A stretch of DNA of 64,000 bases, taken from Bdellovibrio sp. (lineage in GTDB: Bacteria; Bdellovibrionota; Bdellovibrionia; Bdellovibrionales; Bdellovibrionaceae). The first letter of the stretch is position 1. The number at the start of each line of letters is the position of its first letter. Below the pieces are notes generated by a model, which had not been told where the DNA came from, did no database searches, and worked only from the letters and a program-made list of their open reading frames with translations. Shown piece after piece: positions 57,620-64,000 of the stretch. The stretch is taken from assembly GCA_036677065.1 (NCBI GenBank), contig JAKFBS010000011.1:187356-251355 (forward strand), read 5' to 3'. A program made the translations under genes and the position numbers.

Positions 57620-58564
57620 ATGGCACAAGTTACCATGAAAGAAATGTTAGACGCTGGCGTACACTTTGGTCACCAAACACAACGCTGGAACCCAAAAATG
57701 AAACCGTATGTATACACTGCACGCGGCGGAATCCACATCATCGACTTACAAAAAACTGTAGTTCGTGCAAACCAAGCTGCTGAATTCGTAAAAGAAATCG
57801 CATCTCAAGGTGGAACAATGATTATGGTTGGTACTAAAAAGCAAGCTATCGAACCTGTTCAAGAAGCTGCTAAAAAATCTGGTCAATATTTCGTAACTAA
57901 ACGTTGGTTAGGCGGAATGTTAACAAATTTCGAAACAATCAAAGCTTCTATCGATCGTTTACGCAAAATCGACAAAATGAAAGAATCTGGCGATTTCAAT
58001 TTATTAACTAAAAAAGAACGCGCTGGTTTAGATAACGAATACATCCGTTTAACTGAATACTTAGAAGGTATCCGCGACATGAAAACGCTTCCAGCGGTTA
58101 TGTTCGTAGTAGATCTTCCTAAAGAACACATCGCGGTTCTTGAAGCGAAAAAATTAGGTATCAAAGTTGTAGCTATCGCAGATACTAACTCTGATCCTGA
58201 ATTAGTTGATTACCCAATTCCAGGTAACGACGATGCTATCCGTTCTATCAAATTATTCTCTAACTTAGTTGCTGATGCTTTCATGGAAGGCGCTAAAGTT
58301 TGGGAGCAAAAAGCTCGCACTATGACTGACAAAGCTTCTGACAACAAACCTGAAGCAGCTACTGAAACAAAACGTACGGCTCCTCGCACTCCAGGTGCTA
58401 AAGGCCAAGACACTAAAGCAGCTCCAGCGGCAGCAGCAAAACCTGCTGGTCCACAAGTTGTTAAATCAGCAAAATCTCGTAAATTAGTTGCTGCAGGAAC
58501 TGCAGACCTAGTTGAGATCGAAGCAGAATTAAACGAAGAGAAAAAGGATGATTCAGCTGAGTAA
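57620..58564 (+). CDS. rpsB: 30S ribosomal protein S2 with C-terminal extension
   Basis: MKEMLDAGVHFGHQT.RWNPKM, RWLGGMLTNF, DTNSDP, IPGNDDAIRSI; start at ATG 57620 after AAGGA. Confidence 0.98.
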   Translation: MAQVTMKEMLDAGVHFGHQTQRWNPKMKPYVYTARGGIHIIDLQKTVVRANQAAEFVKEIASQGGTMIMVGTKKQAIEPVQEAAKKSGQYFVTKRWLGGMLTNFETIKASIDRLRKIDKMKESGDFNLLTKKERAGLDNEYIRLTEYLEGIRDMKTLPAVMFVVDLPKEHIAVLEAKKLGIKVVAIADTNSDPELVDYPIPGNDDAIRSIKLFSNLVADAFMEGAKVWEQKARTMTDKASDNKPEAATETKRTAPRTPGAKGQDTKAAPAAAAKPAGPQVVKSAKSRKLVAAGTADLVEIEAELNEEKKDDSAE

Positions 58565-58593
58565 TCTCAGTTGAATTCATTAAAGGAGCAAGC

Positions 58594-59517
58594 ATGTCTA
58601 TCTCTGCAACAATGGTAAAAGAACTGCGCGAAAAAACTAGCGCAGGTATGATGGATTGTAAAAAAGCTTTAGAAGAATCAAAAGGTGATTTTGAAGCTGC
58701 TGTTGAATGGTTACGCGTAAAAGGTTTATCTGCAGCTGCAAAAAAATCTGATCGCATTGCCGCTGAAGGCACTGTTTCTGCAAAAACTGACGGTAAAACT
58801 GCAGTTGTTGTTGAAATCAACTCTGAAACAGATTTCGTAGCTCGTAATGATGGCTTTAAAGCTTTCGTAGCTGATGTTGTTGATCATGTATTAACAGCGG
58901 CAACTACAAATGATTTACTAACTCAGCCATTTGCTAAAACTCCAGGTAAAACTGTAGGCGATAAACTTAAAGAAAGTATCGCAACTATCGGTGAAAACTT
59001 AGTTATCCGCCGTACTGAAAAGTACACGACTAACGAAACTGGTTTAGTACATACATACATCCACGGTGAAGGCAAAATCGGCGTAATGATTGAAGTGCAA
59101 ACTCCATCTGCTGCTGTAGCTTCATCTGCTGACGCAAGAACTTTTGCTTCTGACGTTTGTTTACATATCGCTGCGATGAATCCAATGGCTTTATCGTCTG
59201 CTGAAATGAATCCTGAAACAGTGGCTAAAGAAAAAGAAATTTTAAAACAAAAGAATTTAGAATCAGGCAAAAAACCAGAAATGATCGAAAAAATCGTTGA
59301 AGGTCAAATCCGTAAATTCTTAGCTGAAAACTGCTTAGTTGATCAACCGTTCGTCAAGAACCCAGATTTAACTATTACTGCTTACGCAAAAGAAGCTGGT
59401 AAAAAAGCTGGTGGCGATCTAACGATTAAACGTTTCGTACGTTTTGAATTAGGCGCTGGTATCGAGAAAAAAGTAAACGACTTCGCAGCTGAAGTTGCTT
59501 CAATGCAAGGGCACTAA
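58594..59517 (+). CDS. tsf: Elongation factor Ts
   Basis: VKELREKTSAGMMDCKKAL, EINSETDFVA, IGENL, RFVRFELG. Confidence 0.98.
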   Translation: MSISATMVKELREKTSAGMMDCKKALEESKGDFEAAVEWLRVKGLSAAAKKSDRIAAEGTVSAKTDGKTAVVVEINSETDFVARNDGFKAFVADVVDHVLTAATTNDLLTQPFAKTPGKTVGDKLKESIATIGENLVIRRTEKYTTNETGLVHTYIHGEGKIGVMIEVQTPSAAVASSADARTFASDVCLHIAAMNPMALSSAEMNPETVAKEKEILKQKNLESGKKPEMIEKIVEGQIRKFLAENCLVDQPFVKNPDLTITAYAKEAGKKAGGDLTIKRFVRFELGAGIEKKVNDFAAEVASMQGH

Positions 59518-59532
59518 GCCTTAGCAAAATAG

Positions 59533-59561
59533 AAAAGCTCTCTTCGGAGGGCTTTTTTTTT
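59533..59561 (+). terminator. Intrinsic terminator after tsf
   Basis: AAAAGCTCTC-TTCG-GAGGGCTTTTTTTTT (UUCG tetraloop). Confidence 0.9.
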
Positions 59562-59594
59562 GATTACTCTCTAGAATTGTTCATACACCACTGA

Positions 59595-60320
<726 letters not shown>

Positions 60321-60393
60321 CGGTTCGACCGTTGTGTAAAATAAAGAGTGAATCTAATTTAGTTTATTGTTTAAATTTAAAGACGGAGAATTT

Positions 60394-60951
60394 ATGATTG
60401 AAACTTCAAAAACAAATGCAAAAGCAAAAATGGAAAAAGCGACTACTGCTCTAGTAGAGGACTTAAAAAAAGTTCGTACCGGTAAAGCCCAAGTATCAAT
60501 GCTTGATAATATTCGTGTAAATTACTACGGCAATTTATCTCCTTTAAATCAAGTAGCTTCAGTTTCTACTCCAGATGCGACGACTTTCTTAATCGCACCT
60601 TGGGAATCTGCAATTTTAAAAGAAATTGAAATGGCCATCGTTAAATCTGATATCGGTATGGCGCCAATCAATGACGGTAAAGTTATTCGTTTAAAAGTAC
60701 CAAGCTTAACTGAAGAACGTCGTAAAGACTTAGCTAAACAAGTTAAAAAAATCACTGAAGATGCTCGCGTAGCTGTTCGTTTAATTCGCCGTGATGCGAA
60801 TGAAGAAGTTAAAAAGCTTTTAAAAGACAAAGCTGTTAGCGAAGACGAAGCTAAAAAAGGCGAAGCTGACATTCAAAAATTAACTGACGACACTATCAAA
60901 AAAGTGGATCAGTTAGCTGAAGAAAAAGAAAAATCAATCCTTACAATCTAA
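60394..60951 (+). CDS. frr: Ribosome recycling factor
   Basis: RTGKA, V.YYG..SPLNQVA, P.NDG..IRL.VP.LTEERRKDL, R.IRRDAN. Confidence 0.97.
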   Translation: MIETSKTNAKAKMEKATTALVEDLKKVRTGKAQVSMLDNIRVNYYGNLSPLNQVASVSTPDATTFLIAPWESAILKEIEMAIVKSDIGMAPINDGKVIRLKVPSLTEERRKDLAKQVKKITEDARVAVRLIRRDANEEVKKLLKDKAVSEDEAKKGEADIQKLTDDTIKKVDQLAEEKEKSILTI

Positions 60952-61709
60952 TGTCGCAGATAAAACATGTCGCAATCATTATGGATGGAAACGGCCGCTG
61001 GGCGCAAATGCGCGGCCGTCCACGTACGTTTGGACATGTTAAAGGTGTACGTGTAGCGAAAAAAATTATCACGCACGCTTCAAACCTTGGTTTAAATCAC
61101 TTAACTTTATATGCGTTCAGCTCTGAAAATTGGTTTCGCCCACAGGAAGAAGTTTCTGTATTGATGAAATTAATGGAGCGCTATTTAATTCGTGAAACTG
61201 AAAACCTAGTTAAAAAAAATATTCAGTTCCACACGATTGGTGATTTATCAAAAGTGCCAGTTAACGTGCGTAAATTAATTCTAAACGCGCAGACTAAAAC
61301 AGCTCATTGTTCAGGTTTGAAATTAACCTTCGCCATTAGCTATGGCTCGCGCCAAGAATTAATTAATGCCGTCCAATCAATCGCCACTGATCTTAAAGAT
61401 GGCATTATTAATTTGAATGATATTAACGAAGACATGGTCAGCAAAAAGCTGATGACATCACACTGCCCTGATCCGGATTTAATTATTCGCACCAGTGGTG
61501 AATATCGTTTATCGAATTTCTTAATGTGGCAAGCCGCTTACAGCGAATTATACTTCACAAACATTCTATGGCCCGATTTCAAAGAAGATGATTTGAACAA
61601 AGCCCTTACTGATTTCAAAAACCGTTCACGCCGTTTTGGCCGCATCGAAGGCGTTTTAAAGACTCTCTTCACTAAAAAAGAAAAAAATCATGCCGAACTT
61701 AACTTCTAG
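60951..61709 (+). CDS. uppS: Undecaprenyl diphosphate synthase
   Basis: HVAIIMDGNGRWA, YAFSSENW.RP..EV, SYGSRQE, DLIIRTSGEYRLSNFLMWQ. Confidence 0.97.
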   Translation: MSQIKHVAIIMDGNGRWAQMRGRPRTFGHVKGVRVAKKIITHASNLGLNHLTLYAFSSENWFRPQEEVSVLMKLMERYLIRETENLVKKNIQFHTIGDLSKVPVNVRKLILNAQTKTAHCSGLKLTFAISYGSRQELINAVQSIATDLKDGIINLNDINEDMVSKKLMTSHCPDPDLIIRTSGEYRLSNFLMWQAAYSELYFTNILWPDFKEDDLNKALTDFKNRSRRFGRIEGVLKTLFTKKEKNHAELNF

Positions 61710-62514
61710 AATTATTTCGGCACTGGTTGCTTTAGCTATCTTAATTTCGACAGTCTATTTTTTTGCTGAAAAAGGCATGTATGCCTGTATCGCGTTTGCC
61801 TCTGTTCGATGTTCTTACGAAATCGCACGAATGGTTTTTAAAGCGCATTACCCAAAATTTGCGACTTACGCTTTTGTTTTAATTAATTTTGCGACATTTT
61901 TATTATTAACTTTAGAACCGACTAAAAATTTTGCGATGTTCTTTATTTTATTAAGTTTTGTTGCAAGTGTTGTTGTTAGCATTTTATTTCATAAAAAATT
62001 CAACGATCTACAAACGATCTTTGATTACGTTTCACAATCGGCCTTTGGAACACTTTACGCCACTGTGATTCCTGCTATCGTAACTTGGCTTGTGTATTCA
62101 CAACAGGGCATGAACTGGTTTTACTGTTTATTAGCCGTGATCTTTGCAGGCGACATAGGCGCTTATTTGTTTGGTGTTACAATGGGCACAACTAAAGTCG
62201 CTCCCACCCTATCGCCAAAGAAAAGTGTGCAGGGTGCTATTGGTGGTTTATTATTTTCAACCTTAGCAGCTTATGTTTTCTCATTCATACTAACTGATGT
62301 GGCGTTACCAGTCTTATTGGCTTGTGGATTCTTTGGTGGCTTACTGGGTCAAATAGGTGATTTTTTCGAATCCTTAATTAAACGAGTTTCTGGTGTAAAA
62401 GATTCGGGAACAATCATGCCAGGCCATGGTGGTGTCTTAGATCGAATCGATGGCGTCCTATTAGCGGCCCCATTGTTTTATTTTGCTGCGAATTATCATA
62501 GTCTTTGGTCTTAG
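61690..62514 (+). CDS. cdsA: Phosphatidate cytidylyltransferase
   Basis: DIGAY..G, P.LSPKKS..G, GDFFES.IKR..GVKDSG..MPGHGGVLDRID. Confidence 0.95.
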   Translation: MPNLTSRIISALVALAILISTVYFFAEKGMYACIAFASVRCSYEIARMVFKAHYPKFATYAFVLINFATFLLLTLEPTKNFAMFFILLSFVASVVVSILFHKKFNDLQTIFDYVSQSAFGTLYATVIPAIVTWLVYSQQGMNWFYCLLAVIFAGDIGAYLFGVTMGTTKVAPTLSPKKSVQGAIGGLLFSTLAAYVFSFILTDVALPVLLACGFFGGLLGQIGDFFESLIKRVSGVKDSGTIMPGHGGVLDRIDGVLLAAPLFYFAANYHSLWS

Positions 62515-62584
62515 TTACCAGCTACCTAGTTACTTAATAGTTTAAAAATGCTAAAATATTGTTTTAAACCACGAGGGTTTTTAC

Positions 62585-64000
62585 ATGACTTATATTTTCT
62601 CATCATTGGGTTACCTTTATTCAAACGTTGTTCCTTTTGTTATCCTTTTAGGAATTCTAGTTTTTGTTCACGAACTAGGTCACTTTTTAGTGGCACGCGC
62701 ATGTGGCGTACGTGTTGAAGTTTTCTCGCTAGGCTTCGGTAAAAAAATCTTAAGCTTTAAAAGAGGCTACACAACTTACTGCATTTCAATCGTGCCACTT
62801 GGTGGATACGTAAAAATGTTCGGTGAACAATCGACTGATGCTTCAGCCATTGCCCCAGAAGATCGTGCGGTTTCTTACACTCACAAAACTGTATGGCAAC
62901 GCATCGCAATCGTGTTTGCCGGCCCTTTGATGAATTTCTTATTTGCGATTTTGGTTTTCGGTTTTATTGCTTACAGTGGTGAAGAAACTCGCGCTGCCCG
63001 CATTGCTGAAGTGACTCCTGGTTCAATCGCTGAAACTGCCGGCCTTAAATCACAAGACATGGTGTTAGCCGTAAATAGCCAGCCTGTAAGAAGTTATGAA
63101 GAATTTCAATTAGCTTTAAATCGCGCGCAAAATCAAAGTGCCGAAATTCAGGTGCAACAAGAGGGCGAACAACCGCGCACGATCACGGCACAAATTTCGA
63201 GTGCAGATAATCCAAATATTTTTGCTGGCCACAAAACAATCGGCAGTATCGCTGGTTTAATGCCTTACACGAAAGGCACATTAGTTGCCGTTCAACCTGA
63301 CTCACAAGCTTTTAAAGCAGGACTACGCACTGGCGATGAGATCACTCACATTGCTGGCCGCAAAGTTCAATCGTGGAATGATTTAAACCGCTTAACGCAA
63401 AATCAGACAACTGAAATCACCGTTGATCGCGTATCTGCTGACGACAAAAAAGAAATTCTTAAACTGCAATTAAACTTACCGGTTTATAAAAAAGCACCTG
63501 AACTTGCTGAAATTGGTTTAGAAAATCCTGAACTTTATTTAGAACAAGTTGTTCCGGGGTCACCGGCGGCACAAGCTGACTTACAAAGGCATGACAAACT
63601 GGTTTCAATCAACGGACAGCCAATGCTTGTTTGGGAAAACGTTTTAAACACGATTAAATCTTACGATGGCAAAGACGCTTTAGAATTTAAAATCATGCGC
63701 GAAGGCACAGAGATGGTTAAAAAAATCACTCCGCAAGTGACTTCACAAATGACATTTCAAGGTAAAGAAGACAAACGTTATACGGTTGGTATTATGCCAA
63801 TGGCCAATATCTCTCAGCCTGAATTAGTTAAAGTCGCCGAAAGCAATATTTTTGCTGCTACAGCAAAAGGTTTTGACCGTTCATATGATATTTCAGTGAT
63901 GACGGTGATGTCGTTTGTACGTCTATTTCAAGGCGAAGTATCACATAAAAACATCGGGGGTATGATCTCAATCGGTAAAGCCGCTAAAGATTCATACGCG
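62585..64000 (+). CDS. rseP: RIP metalloprotease RseP, truncated by the window end (not in ORF track)
   Basis: Read from the DNA: MTYIFSSLGYLYSNVVPFVILLGILVFVHELGHFLVARACGVRVEVFSLGFG..., PLGGYVKM, AGPLMNF, then PDZ domains. Confidence 0.95.
   Translation, partial: MTYIFSSLGYLYSNVVPFVILLGILVFVHELGHFLVARACGVRVEVFSLGFGKKILSFKRGYTTYCISIVPLGGYVKMFGEQSTDASAIAPEDRAVSYTHKTVWQRIAIVFAGPLMNFLFAILVFGFIAYSGEETRAARIAEVTPGSIAETAGLKSQDMVLAVNSQPVRSYEEFQLALNRAQNQSAEIQVQQEGEQPRTITAQISSADNPNIFAGHKTIGSIAGLMPYTKGTLVAVQPDSQAFKAGLRTGDEITHIAGRKVQSWNDLNRLTQNQTTEITVDRVSADDKKEILKLQLNLPVYKKAPELAEIGLENPELYLEQVVPGSPAAQADLQRHDKLVSINGQPMLVWENVLNTIKSYDGKDALEFKIMREGTEMVKKITPQVTSQMTFQGKEDKRYTVGIMPMANISQPELVKVAESNIFAATAKGFDRSYDISVMTVMSFVRLFQGEVSHKNIGGMISIGKAAKDSYA

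Noticed and set aside
57406..57783. 125-aa ORF overlapping rpsB, and the 27-aa N-terminal extension of rpsB in the ORF track
   Set aside because: The region is the rpsB promoter and structured leader; the conserved S2 N-terminus begins at ATG 57620.

Overview
A densely coding, AT-rich chromosomal segment. Gene content and style point to a predatory Bdellovibrionota bacterium (Bdellovibrio/Pseudobdellovibrio-like); this is inferred, not from a database search. Housekeeping genes: mtgA, a NodIJ-like ABC-2 pair, typA, dusB, a SNF2 helicase, mltG, an arginine/ornithine succinyltransferase (AST)-type operon, bamD, hpt, PBP1A, uvrA, an MsbA-like exporter, priA, and rpsB-tsf-pyrH-frr-uppS-cdsA-rseP (rseP truncated by the window end). 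Peptidoglycan salvage genes (amgK, murU, anmK, nagZ) bracket a Tad-pseudopilin gene and two large secreted Cys-rich proteins that share a C-terminal I-x-x-A-(x)-G-x3-F-x5-RY motif and lie behind a sigma28-like promoter. This is the best candidate for an undescribed predation/effector module. Other notable items: a sigma54 activator followed by a degenerate, apparently ATPase-dead copy of its AAA domain under a sigma54-like promoter; two small ORFs missed by the ORF track (a 25-aa membrane peptide and a 42-aa basic protein); many apparently leaderless genes; and a recurring GTCTCA-N3-TGAGAC palindrome. No rRNA, tRNA, CRISPR array or mobile element was recognised.
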